Part shown: positions 1 to 8,847 of the stretch, one piece after another
Layout: each line of letters begins with the position of its first letter
How positions within the stretch are numbered: the stretch's first letter is position 1
NCBI GenBank assembly: GCA_023410975.1
Contig: JAEYPG010000150.1
Location: forward strand, 1-57,523
Origin: Pseudomonadota bacterium
GTDB taxonomy: Bacteria > Pseudomonadota > Gammaproteobacteria > Burkholderiales > Burkholderiaceae_C
Direction: 5' to 3'
DNA: 57,523 bases
Notes under the pieces: model-generated
What the model was told of the DNA's origin: nothing
The model's input: the letters and a program-made list of their open reading frames with translations, nothing else
Database searches by the model: none
Made by a program: the position numbers and the translations under genes

Positions 1-728
1 GGGCAAAGATGGCCAACGTCGCTGTCAATACGGCCAAGGTCGCGAAGACAGTACGCAATGGGGTCAAGGTGGCGAAGGCAGCACAGCTCGGCCAGCGATC
101 AACCATCATGCCGCCCCCGGTCATCGACAAGCTCGGTGGCCTGGAAATGTTGTCGCTGGGCTACTGGGGAGAGCGCCTGGGAACCCTGCTGGGTGGCGGC
201 CCGTCCGAGATCGAGGTGGTGGACCCGCAAGCGCTGGCCGAGCAGCAAGCCGCGCTGGTCGGCCTGGATGCGCAGGCTCAAGACTTGCGGCGCCGTCTCG
301 CACGCAACGAAGCCATCGCAAGCGAGCGTCAGCTCACTGGCTGGGCGATGGAGCACAACCAGAAGGAGCAGGCTCGTCTCCAGGCCGAGCTGGCACAGGT
401 CCAGTTGCGAGCAGAGCAAAGGCACCGGGATGCCCAGAAGCAGCTGCAGCAGGAGCGCAATGCCCAGATCTGGCGCCAAGCCGAGCGAGCCGTCACGCAC
501 TGGCTTCGCGGCTTCGACCAGCAGGCCGAGGCCATGAGCGAGCTGATGCGGGCCCATGTGCGCGGTCATTGGGAGAACCGCGTCGATGCACTGGTCAGCG
601 AACGTCTGGCCGATATCGACGAGCTCGCTGCTCAGGCCCAAGCAGGCGTTGAGGACAAGAAAGCCATGCTTGCACGCCTGCGCCAGGAAGCTCATGACAT
701 CGAGCGCGCCATGGCAGTACTGATCTGA
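1..728 (+). CDS. C-terminal part of a helical/coiled-coil protein, probably a dynamin-like GTPase (5' end outside the window)
   Basis: Frame is open from the window edge. Long Q/E/R-rich helical stalk-like sequence after a Gly/hydrophobic segment (LSLGYWGERLGTLLGGG). A dynamin-like GTPase lies downstream in the same operon. No GTPase motif is visible in the window. Confidence 0.45.
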   Translation, partial: AKMANVAVNTAKVAKTVRNGVKVAKAAQLGQRSTIMPPPVIDKLGGLEMLSLGYWGERLGTLLGGGPSEIEVVDPQALAEQQAALVGLDAQAQDLRRRLARNEAIASERQLTGWAMEHNQKEQARLQAELAQVQLRAEQRHRDAQKQLQQERNAQIWRQAERAVTHWLRGFDQQAEAMSELMRAHVRGHWENRVDALVSERLADIDELAAQAQAGVEDKKAMLARLRQEAHDIERAMAVLI

Positions 729-767
729 GGTACTGCTGCCTTGTCGGCCCAGGGCCGGTGGCATGCA

Positions 768-790
768 GTGGGCTGTGTCCACGGCCCACC
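768..790 (+). other. Intergenic GC-rich hairpin (possible mRNA stabiliser or attenuator)
   Basis: GTGGGCTGTG..CACGGCCCAC inverted repeat between the stop at 728 and the start at 810. No strong U-tract. Confidence 0.35.
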
Positions 791-809
791 TTACTGACAA
801 AGGTTTCTT

Positions 810-1271
810 ATGAATCTCCAGAGCGTGCTGGGATCCGCCAGCGAAACAGCGGTGGTTTACCGCTATCTCGACCTGTTGGCTGCTCGCAGTTCGGCCCTGG
901 AAAGGAGCATGAATCTGAACGAAGTGCACAGGCTGCAACAGGAAAACAGGCAGTTGCGCGAAGAGCTGGCGCGAGTGCAGAAACCATCAATACAGCAGCT
1001 ACTGGTGTTCCTTCCACTCATCTATCGCAACTTCTGGGGCACGGTGCGTCCCCATGACCTTGCGCTGCTGGCTGGTGAGCTTGACGTGCCACAGATTCCG
1101 TCGCCATGCCCGGAACCGGGGTCGGAAACACTCTCGCGTCTACGGCGTGAATTTCTCGCGCTGCCTGCGACAGAGCAGTTGCGGTTGGTAATTTTTTGCC
1201 AAGGCCTGCCTTATCCGTTGACGGTACGCCCTGAAATGCGTGCATTTCTGGAGAAAAAGAATGAAGTCTGA
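810..1271 (+). CDS. Hypothetical protein with N-terminal coiled coil
   Basis: 153-aa ORF preceded by AAAGG. Its stop overlaps the next start (1261). Confidence 0.75.
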   Translation: MNLQSVLGSASETAVVYRYLDLLAARSSALERSMNLNEVHRLQQENRQLREELARVQKPSIQQLLVFLPLIYRNFWGTVRPHDLALLAGELDVPQIPSPCPEPGSETLSRLRREFLALPATEQLRLVIFCQGLPYPLTVRPEMRAFLEKKNEV

Positions 1272-2010
1272 CGACGAAATTCGACTGGAGAAACTTCGCG
1301 CGAAATATTTCCCACCGGAAATCAAGTACAGCGATCTATTGCTGCTTCTTGCCAAGGATGAAAGTGTGCGCGAAGAGATTCGGCGCGTGGCATCCGAGGC
1401 TGCGTGGCACACGACGGAGGTAGATGTTTCCGATGCTGCTGCGATATCGGATAGGGGTTCGTCGGCGAGGCCCCATGAGGAAAAACTGTTTGAGGTGCAG
1501 GCGCCTCTTGCCCCCTCTTGCCGTGCAATACCAGTCGCCGCACCATTGCTAGCTGCATCACGGCCAGCTGTCGACCCGCTGAAGGACGCGATGGCGCCAG
1601 AGCTGGAGTTGCTGGCGTATGTGTGCGCAGATGAACAGTTGCGCAAAGCCTGGCTGGGAAATGCTGACGAGGACGAGGGACGACAACTCGTGCGCTTGAT
1701 CGCCGTGGCATCGCAGTGGGACCAAATCCTGCGCCTGTGGGAGCGGCTGGCCGAGCGCTGCAAGGAGGCACAGCGCTCGGCTACTGCAGCTGAACTGCAA
1801 ATCCTGAGTCACTGTCTGGCGGTGCACAACTTGATTTGGCGCGGACCACAGGCCCGGTTGCAAGCAGCCGTTGTTGGCTCTCCATGCGATGAACGCCTGC
1901 ACGAGCGTGGTACCGCAAATGGTCTTGTGGTGACTGCACAGTGGTTGCCGGGGTTGCTCAATGCCGCTGGGCAATTGCAGAAGCGGCCGCTGGTGGCAAC
2001 CAGACAATAA
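1261..2010 (+). CDS. GrpE-like protein (helical region + GrpE beta-domain-like C-terminus)
   Basis: ATG 1261 with GGAG RBS. C-terminal VGSPCDERLHE...GLVVTAQWLPGLLNAAGQLQKRPLV resembles the GrpE consensus GxxFDPxxHE...GxVxxxxxxGYxxxGRxxRPAxV. Lies directly upstream of an Hsp70-like gene. Confidence 0.55.
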   Translation: MKSDDEIRLEKLRAKYFPPEIKYSDLLLLLAKDESVREEIRRVASEAAWHTTEVDVSDAAAISDRGSSARPHEEKLFEVQAPLAPSCRAIPVAAPLLAASRPAVDPLKDAMAPELELLAYVCADEQLRKAWLGNADEDEGRQLVRLIAVASQWDQILRLWERLAERCKEAQRSATAAELQILSHCLAVHNLIWRGPQARLQAAVVGSPCDERLHERGTANGLVVTAQWLPGLLNAAGQLQKRPLVATRQ

Positions 2011-2036
2011 CATTGTCGCATTGAATAGACAGAAAA

Positions 2037-4817
2037 ATGTCTTCTCTCGGAAATATATTTAAAGCCTTGACGGAAACAATTTCAGCGGCTGCTGCTATGG
2101 TGCTGTCGGGACAACGGCAGAACTGGGCTGCCGTCTTGGTGGAGAAAGCAGTCGCAAGTGCAGAGACGGCTGCGCCTGCCGGATCGTTGCTCCGCGTGGA
2201 GCTGCGATCTGAATTTGTCAAGATACTTGGCCGGTATTTGAATGAACAAATTCTCCAGGCCGCCAAGGCAATGGCGAAGCAGCGGTTTTGGTGGGTAAAT
2301 TCGGGTGGGCAGAGAATTTTTGTGTACGACCGAGATTCCAAGCTGCTCTGGGAGGCTAGGCCCGACCCTCAAGAGAAAAGTTTACTTCGTGACGCCAGTA
2401 AGGTGGCGAGTGAACGGTCCACGGGTGGCCTTTCGGCGTGGAGATTGCCAACAGAAGCAGAAATTACGAAATTTTCGGGGGATAGGGCCAATCCGCTTCG
2501 CGCCGGTCGGAATGCTCGTTTGCTTGATGAATATGCTTGGTGTACATCGAAGTGCAGGATAGATCTGGACGACTTCTCCACTCGATATTCCGAGCAGGAG
2601 TCAGGCGCTATAGTCGCCTGCAACGACTTTGCGGCCAACGCTGGGCTAGAGGAGTTCATTGTCGCGGCTGTTGGACGACAATGGCAGGTATTTGCCTGTG
2701 GCGTGGATAATGCCGAAAATGTCATCGGGCCAGTGGATTCCAAAAACCTGCAGGCGGTCTATCGAGAGATAGACAATATTCCAGTCCGGCTGCCTGTACT
2801 GGATGCTGCTCAGTTCACCGACCCTCACAAGGGTCTGTGGGAATTCTGGGGCATGGACCCGCAGTGGCTGGTGGCACATAGCGTGCGGGCGCGTAATCCA
2901 GCACTCGACGTGCGCGACTGCAACGTGGCCATTGATTTCGGTACCAGCAGCACCGTCGTAGCCTACGACGACAACGATCAGCTCAAGCTCCTGCGCATCG
3001 GCGTCGGTGACTACTGGGAGCAGGAACGGCCGGCGCATTACGAGAATCCCACGGTACTGGAGTTCATCGATATCCGTGCGCTGCTTCGCTCCTGGCAAGA
3101 GCGCGCCTACCGTCCTGGCGTGGAATGGCAGCACGTGCGCTGCTCGCATGCCGCACTGCAGAATTTTCGCGACAACAAGAGCAACCCTCGCGTGGTCGGC
3201 AGTATCTTGGTCAAGCTCAAACACTGGGCGCTGCGCGAGGCTGACAAGGGAAGCCTGCGGCTGAGGGACCGCTCTGGCCCTGTAGGGGTCGAGTACGAAG
3301 TGGCGCCATTGACACAGCGGGAGCCGGTCAAGGGGCAACCACTGACTGTTGACTCCCAGGATCCGCTGGACCCCATCGAGTTGTACGCATGGTTCCTTGG
3401 CATGACCATCAACTGGCGTGGTCGTGGTCTGTTCCTGAGGTACTACATGACTTTCCCCGTGGCGTACCCGCGGCAGGTGAAGGACAGGATCCTGGCCTCG
3501 TTCCGTCGCGGCCTGCAGCGCAGCCTGCCAGCGACGCTGGTGGACCAGCCCGTATTTCAGAGCTTCAGCGTCGAGGAACGTGCGTCCGAGCCCGCCGCCT
3601 ATGCGGCTTGCGCCATGCGCGCACTTGGTATCCAGGCGACACACAAAGGCGTGGCCTATGCGGTGTTCGACTTCGGCGGCGGCACCACAGACTTCGACTT
3701 CGGCTATTACCGGCTGCCTGATGCCGATGAGGAAGATCAGGGGAAGGAACAGGTTTTCGAGCACTTCGGCGCAGCCGGCGACCAACTCCTGGGCGGCGAA
3801 AACTTGTTGGAGAACATGTGTTATATGGTGTTCCGCCACAACCTGAATGTCTGCCGCGAAAACCGGATTGCCTTCACCCGTCCGATGGGTGCCGAGGACT
3901 TCGCGGGCTCGGAGATGTTCTTGGAACAGACGCAGGCTGCCTCAACCAACACAGTGATGCTAATGGCGCGTCTGCGACCGCTGTGGGAAGAGGGCGGTTT
4001 GGGGGCGAACTCCACCGGCATGGAAACCATCGATCTACTGGATCGCGACGGTGGCAAGAGGCCGTGCCAGCTGGCAGTCCCGGTAGACCAGCTCAAAGCG
4101 TACCTGGCTCAACGGATCGAGCAGGGAGTACGTAACTTCCTGGCTGCGCTCAAGAACGCGTTCGCTGAGCGCCGACCTGACCATGTCCATGTGCTGCTGG
4201 CTGGCAATGCCAGCCGCTCGCGCTGGGTACTCGATTGTTTCGGGCTGCCCGGCGGCAGCGGTGATGCATCAACAGCCGAGCGAGTTGGTCACTATACCGA
4301 GTCGTTGTTTGACGGGAACCCTCCAACCTTGACCGTACACGAACCACTCGCGGCGCAAGAGGCAAACCTGTTCCATCCAACCGCCAAGACCGGGGTGGCG
4401 CTTGGCCTGCTGCAGTTGTGTCCTGGAGGTTCTGTCAAGGTCATCAACCGTGCCTTGCAGTACGCCAGCGACGAAGCGCCTTTCGCGCACCATGTCGGTC
4501 GGGTCCGGCAGGGCACCTTCCAAGCGGGTCTGCTCCAAGGAGCGGTGTATCGCCGGTGGCACGAGCTGGGCGTACCCAGTGAGCGCGTCTTCAACCTGTA
4601 TCACACGCAATCCCCCCGTGCAGCATCCGGCCAGGTTCAGCAGGGTGAGTCAGGCCTGTACAAGAAGCGGTTGGACCTGGCAAGCGAGGTCAAGGGCCAC
4701 AAGGTCTTTGCGCAAGCCGTCGGCCCCTCCGAGATCGAGATCTGCACCGCCGTGTCGACCGTGGCTATCGAGCAAGGTGACTTCGAAAACATGATGACGA
4801 TTGCACTCGAAGGTTGA
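2037..4817 (+). CDS. DUF1566/Lcl-like domain fused to an Hsp70/actin-fold (ASKHA) ATPase
   Basis: Phosphate-1 VAIDFGTSST, connect SEPAAYA, phosphate-2 VFDFGGGTTD, LGGENL and adenosine-like VLLAGNAS. N-terminal DxxxxLLWE...GGLSAWRLPTEAE is typical of DUF1566. Confidence 0.8.
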   Translation: MSSLGNIFKALTETISAAAAMVLSGQRQNWAAVLVEKAVASAETAAPAGSLLRVELRSEFVKILGRYLNEQILQAAKAMAKQRFWWVNSGGQRIFVYDRDSKLLWEARPDPQEKSLLRDASKVASERSTGGLSAWRLPTEAEITKFSGDRANPLRAGRNARLLDEYAWCTSKCRIDLDDFSTRYSEQESGAIVACNDFAANAGLEEFIVAAVGRQWQVFACGVDNAENVIGPVDSKNLQAVYREIDNIPVRLPVLDAAQFTDPHKGLWEFWGMDPQWLVAHSVRARNPALDVRDCNVAIDFGTSSTVVAYDDNDQLKLLRIGVGDYWEQERPAHYENPTVLEFIDIRALLRSWQERAYRPGVEWQHVRCSHAALQNFRDNKSNPRVVGSILVKLKHWALREADKGSLRLRDRSGPVGVEYEVAPLTQREPVKGQPLTVDSQDPLDPIELYAWFLGMTINWRGRGLFLRYYMTFPVAYPRQVKDRILASFRRGLQRSLPATLVDQPVFQSFSVEERASEPAAYAACAMRALGIQATHKGVAYAVFDFGGGTTDFDFGYYRLPDADEEDQGKEQVFEHFGAAGDQLLGGENLLENMCYMVFRHNLNVCRENRIAFTRPMGAEDFAGSEMFLEQTQAASTNTVMLMARLRPLWEEGGLGANSTGMETIDLLDRDGGKRPCQLAVPVDQLKAYLAQRIEQGVRNFLAALKNAFAERRPDHVHVLLAGNASRSRWVLDCFGLPGGSGDASTAERVGHYTESLFDGNPPTLTVHEPLAAQEANLFHPTAKTGVALGLLQLCPGGSVKVINRALQYASDEAPFAHHVGRVRQGTFQAGLLQGAVYRRWHELGVPSERVFNLYHTQSPRAASGQVQQGESGLYKKRLDLASEVKGHKVFAQAVGPSEIEICTAVSTVAIEQGDFENMMTIALEG

Positions 4818-4823
4818 GACGGC

Positions 4824-5162
4824 ATGGATGCTGGAAACGATGCCATGGTTCAGGAGGCGCAAGCACAGGAGCGCCGGTTCCTGGAAGAACTCATGGCACC
4901 TGGGGTAGGGAAGCACACCGACGCTTTTCTTAAACGGCTGGCCATGTCAGCCGCGCAGACGCGCAAGACGGCGGAGCTGCTTGCCATGCAGGCCGAACTG
5001 CTCAAGGAACAGGCCCGGGTTGCCGAGCAGCGGGAGGCTCTCGTCCAGGCCAAGGCCCAGCTGTCGCAGGGCAAACGTTCGCTGACGCTGGAGAAGAAGC
5101 GGCTGCAGCAGGAAGCCGAGGAAGCGGCTCGCTACAGGACCCGCGGGAAGAGGTCCAGATGA
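4824..5162 (+). CDS. Small coiled-coil protein
   Basis: 112-aa Q/E/A-rich ORF. ATGA overlap with the next gene. Confidence 0.7.
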   Translation: MDAGNDAMVQEAQAQERRFLEELMAPGVGKHTDAFLKRLAMSAAQTRKTAELLAMQAELLKEQARVAEQREALVQAKAQLSQGKRSLTLEKKRLQQEAEEAARYRTRGKRSR

Positions 5163-5881
5163 TCGAGGACGTGGTATCCCGCCTGCGCCGGCAGTTGACG
5201 GCAGACGTGAAGCGCATCCACGTGTCGGGACACGGTGCCAGCGCCGCGGTGGCCCTGCAGCGGCTGCAGGCCGTGGCGGAACACTCACCGGCCATCCTCG
5301 GATTGCTGGCCGAGCCCTGGATCGCTGGGATGGTTTCCGAGGAGGTCATGGCGGTGCTCCTGCATTGCGCCCGCATCCATCTGTACGCACGCGTCCTGGA
5401 CGACGCCGTCGACGAGTGCCTTCCCGTGCATCGCCTGAACCTGCTGCGCGCGCAGCCGATGTACTGGGAAGCGGTGCAGGGCATCGGCGCGCTGGCGTCA
5501 AGGGACGTGTCTCGGGAGGCCGTGCAGCTGGTTGCCGAGACCGTCGCGGCGGTGCAGCTGGATGACCGGCGCCGCGAGCCTGCCCAGTGGGGCGCCAAGA
5601 ACCATCACTTGCTGCTGGTGCCGTTGCTGTTGTCCGGAGGCAGCGCCTCGTACCGCACCTGTCGAGCGGGACTTTCGACGCTGATCGCCCTGATCCAGGC
5701 CGGCGACGAGTGGCGGCAGTTCGAGCTTGATGAACTACAGCGACGTGACGAATTTCTCTCGTTTCTCTGCGGTTGCCTGGACAACAACATGCTCGGCATG
5801 CTCAGTGCGCATGGCTGGCGTGGCGCCGCCGAGCGCATCGTCTGGAATGCGCGCCAGTTGCTGGCCGCGCTGTCCGCGTGA
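5159..5881 (+). CDS. Class I isoprenoid synthase / prenyltransferase-fold protein
   Basis: All-helical pattern. First Asp-rich motif LYARVLDDAVDE (DDxxD), KN motif, and degenerate second motif LIQAGDE (cf. FQIxDD). Confidence 0.55.
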   Translation: MIEDVVSRLRRQLTADVKRIHVSGHGASAAVALQRLQAVAEHSPAILGLLAEPWIAGMVSEEVMAVLLHCARIHLYARVLDDAVDECLPVHRLNLLRAQPMYWEAVQGIGALASRDVSREAVQLVAETVAAVQLDDRRREPAQWGAKNHHLLLVPLLLSGGSASYRTCRAGLSTLIALIQAGDEWRQFELDELQRRDEFLSFLCGCLDNNMLGMLSAHGWRGAAERIVWNARQLLAALSA

Positions 5882-5902
5882 GCCTTCTATCTTTGAGTGA
5901 CC

Positions 5903-7417
5903 ATGAGCCCTTCAAGCGATCAGGATATGGACAACTTCCCGCGCTCACAAGCGTTGGGGCAATGCGTAAGGGAATTTTCCGAGCGGGCGCTGGCCGGTGC
6001 CGCCTTGACTGACGGCGTGCTGACCGCTCGCGTGGTCGGAGAGTTCTCGGCGGGAAAAACCCGTCTCATCAGGGAGCTGTTGGGCGAGTTGCTTCCCGAG
6101 ACGCTGCTGCCGGTGAGCTCTCTGGAACGGCAGACCCGCCTTCAACTTGAAGTAACCCACGGGGACAAGCCCGGGCTGGCGCTGATCAAGCGAGACGCCG
6201 ACTTCCGAGCGGCCGAGGTCGTCAAGGCTTTCGAGCGCTTTCCCGGCCGGGGCGAGGTGCTGGACTACGATCCCATGCAGTACCGTCTGCGGCTTTCGGT
6301 GCCGGAGCCGCGGTTGATCCTGTCCGACGGTGATGGCTTCACCGCAAATGATGGGCCGAAGCGGCTGTTCCTGATCGATACGCCGGGGTGGAACTCCGGT
6401 GATGACGAACTGGCCGAGCGCGAAGCGTCTTCCGTCATCATGGGGCACCATAACCTGGCGCTGGTTTATGTCTGCCAGGCCTCGCGGCTGGACGGAGTGC
6501 TCAATGCCAAGCGGCTGCGCGAGTTTGTCGAGGCCTTGGCTGCGGCTGAATTCCTGGACCAAACGAAGCTGCTCTTCATCATCACGAGCTGTCCGGCTAC
6601 AGAGGCAGCCGGGCTCGAAAGCAGGGCACGAGGTCTGGTCCTGCGTCTCTGGAGCGAACTGGGACATGATCCAGACGATCTCGGCCTGGACGTCTTCTGC
6701 GTGGACTTCCAGGAGATGTCGGCTGTAGCGCTGCAGAACTTCCGCGAGAGCTTCTGGAAGAGCTTGCTGGGGCCGCTGAGCCAGAGCGAAATTTCAGCAG
6801 ATCCCATGGTCAACGCGCTGCGCAGGTGGCCGCCGCATTGGGATATCCGGCCGCAACTGCGCAGTTCTGCCCAAATGCTTGCACGGGTCGAGATCCTGCT
6901 GCGCAAGGCGCTCCAGGATGACGAGTTCGTCGCAAGCATGAGCATGTACCGCCTCATGGGTCTGACCCAGGCTGAACTGCGCAAGCGCGTCATGTCGGCC
7001 TGGCTCAAGCAGCTTGACTGCGACGCCTCGGCTCTGGAGGATTGGACGGTGGAGCCCTTGTCCGAGGATCATCCCTTGGCCAACTGGTGGCAATCCTACT
7101 GGCTACCTGCCCTGGCGCAGGCACTGGCCCCGATCCGAAACTTCTTCGCGCAGGCCCGGCAAGCCATCGATGCTCTCACGCCCGAGGTCAAGGACCTCAA
7201 GAAGCACCTGCACGCTGCGCTGGCACATTCGCATGCCGAAGCCGTTCTGGCGCTTGACGGCAGCTTCGCGTGCCTGATCAGGACAGCACAGGAACTGTTG
7301 GGCGAGCCTGCAGCCGAAAAACGCGTCGCCACGCTACTGACCTTGTCGATGCTGCAGGCCCGCTACGAGGACTACTACGCCCAGCACGTCATAGAGCTGT
7401 CTGGAGAGGCTGCGTGA
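5903..7417 (+). CDS. Bacterial dynamin-like GTPase
   Basis: G1 VVGEFSAGKT, LLPVSSLERQT (G2), G3 LIDTPG, followed by a helical C-terminal half. G4 appears degenerate (IITSC). Start could be 5897, 5903 or 5927. Confidence 0.8.
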   Translation: MSPSSDQDMDNFPRSQALGQCVREFSERALAGAALTDGVLTARVVGEFSAGKTRLIRELLGELLPETLLPVSSLERQTRLQLEVTHGDKPGLALIKRDADFRAAEVVKAFERFPGRGEVLDYDPMQYRLRLSVPEPRLILSDGDGFTANDGPKRLFLIDTPGWNSGDDELAEREASSVIMGHHNLALVYVCQASRLDGVLNAKRLREFVEALAAAEFLDQTKLLFIITSCPATEAAGLESRARGLVLRLWSELGHDPDDLGLDVFCVDFQEMSAVALQNFRESFWKSLLGPLSQSEISADPMVNALRRWPPHWDIRPQLRSSAQMLARVEILLRKALQDDEFVASMSMYRLMGLTQAELRKRVMSAWLKQLDCDASALEDWTVEPLSEDHPLANWWQSYWLPALAQALAPIRNFFAQARQAIDALTPEVKDLKKHLHAALAHSHAEAVLALDGSFACLIRTAQELLGEPAAEKRVATLLTLSMLQARYEDYYAQHVIELSGEAA

Positions 7418-7881
7418 TGATGGACCTTCTTGTGCGCAGCCTGCCGGAGCAATTTATCCGCGATGTCGCCCGTACCAATGCTGCCCTTGATCGGCAACGA
7501 CATCGCTTGCGCGAGCTCGAGCAGCTATACGCCTTGACGCTCCGTGACAATCGGCGGCTCAGGGCTGAAAACGAAACTCTGCTGAAGCAGGTCGGCGACC
7601 TGCAACTCGAGAAGGTCATGTGCGAGCACCATCTTGACAAGGTGATGCAGGAGCTCAGAGCGGAGAACCAGGACTTGTTGAGAGAAGTCGTAGACCTGCG
7701 GCAAAAGCGGATCGTGTACGAGCGCGAGCTCATCAGACTCGCACAGGGAACTGGTGCATCGATCCCTACCTCAACCGATGTACCGCCGGGCAGGAAGACC
7801 TGTTCGAGGTGCGGCCACTTGGAGTTCGGGAGGCTTGTCCGCTGCCCGGCGTGCAACAACGCGGGTAAATGGTGGCGATGA
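7417..7881 (+). CDS. Coiled-coil protein with C-terminal zinc ribbon
   Basis: TGATG overlap with the dynamin stop and GGAG RBS. Heptad region, then CSRC...CPAC. Confidence 0.7.
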   Translation: MMDLLVRSLPEQFIRDVARTNAALDRQRHRLRELEQLYALTLRDNRRLRAENETLLKQVGDLQLEKVMCEHHLDKVMQELRAENQDLLREVVDLRQKRIVYERELIRLAQGTGASIPTSTDVPPGRKTCSRCGHLEFGRLVRCPACNNAGKWWR

Positions 7882-7960
7882 CGTCCATGGCCTCAATGCC
7901 AGGCACTCGTTTTGATAGCCGTGGCATCCACCAGGCCCGCACCATGCCCTTTTCAAGTCG

Positions 7961-8398
7961 ATGATGAGCCTGCTTGCCACGAGCCTGCCGGAAAGGTACC
8001 TGTCCGAGATTGCCAAGGTCAGGGGTGTAGGTGCACACACGTTGCTCAACAAGTTGCGTGACCAGCAAAGCCGGCTTGAAAACCTGGAGCTGGCCAATGC
8101 ATCGCTGCTCGAGAAGATGCAAGGCATGGAATATCACCTTGTACGGCTGGTCAGCGCGCACCAAAGCATAAGGGTCCCCCTGATATTCGAAAACGATGTC
8201 GTCTTCCCAGTCCTGATCGAAGAGTGGCTTGTGTGCGAAGGCCAGTACTTTGACAACTCGCAGCCGGTATGCAGGACGAACCGAGGCGTCTTCGGGTGGA
8301 GCCTCACGGGCATCCTGGAGCGGGTCCTCACGCGGGCTGGCGAGCAGGTGGTCAACGCCGGGGACGCCATTGGCAGTGTCATCGTGCTCCAACGGTAG
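7961..8398 (+). CDS. Coiled coil + biotinyl/lipoyl-like domain lacking the acceptor Lys
   Basis: IEEWLVCEGQYF...PVC...GILERVLTRAGEQVVNAGDAIGSV matches the lipoyl barrel-sandwich hybrid pattern. No ETDK or MKM hairpin. Confidence 0.55.
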   Translation: MMSLLATSLPERYLSEIAKVRGVGAHTLLNKLRDQQSRLENLELANASLLEKMQGMEYHLVRLVSAHQSIRVPLIFENDVVFPVLIEEWLVCEGQYFDNSQPVCRTNRGVFGWSLTGILERVLTRAGEQVVNAGDAIGSVIVLQR

Positions 8399-8754
8399 CT
8401 GGAACACGCGGCAAATTGGCCATGTCCTGGCGGCGGCGTTCCTGCCCCCGGGCGGACGCAGCGCCACTGCATCGTGGCCCGAGTACGAATCGTCACTCCT
8501 GCCACGAACGCAGGCCGTCCCTGGCCTGCGGCATTGTTCCTTGGCGGTTCATGGACGCCGTCCTCTCGTTCGGCCCGAGCGAACGAGACAGCCCACCGTC
8601 CGGCTGGTCATGGATCTCGGCTGCCCTGCCTGGCAAGCCGGGTAGACCGCTGCACGCTGTAGTCGGGGGCCATCTGCCTGGCTGAAGAAGGCGGGGCGGC
8701 CCGTGAAGCTGCCTCCGTGTTTTCGTCGGTGTCCGGCCATGACGGTCCAGCGTG

Positions 8755-8771
8755 GCGACACGACCTGTCGC
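8755..8771. promoter_or_regulatory. Palindromic operator GCGACA-cgacc-TGTCGC upstream of recC (putative WYL-regulator site)
   Basis: Perfect 6-5-6 inverted repeat ending 77 bp before the recC ATG. Same motif occurs twice at 31525-31590. Confidence 0.65.
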
Positions 8772-8847
8772 GTCCATATGTTTCAATGGTTGCTGAACGT
8801 ATTTCGACCACGGTGCCGACGCTGGCTCAACCAAGGAAACCGCCCCG

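Noticed and set aside
1989..1996. E. coli Chi (GCTGGTGG) here and at several other places
   Set aside because: Expected in GC-rich Leu-Val codons; the cognate Chi is unknown and enrichment cannot be judged by eye.
2002..2020. GACA-ataacat-TGTCGCA before the Hsp70-like gene as a fourth WYL site
   Set aside because: The spacer is 7 rather than 5 bp and the left arm is incomplete; at best a weak site.
2037..4817. Calling this gene dnaK
   Set aside because: Extra N-terminal domain, large insertions and no DnaK substrate-binding domain.
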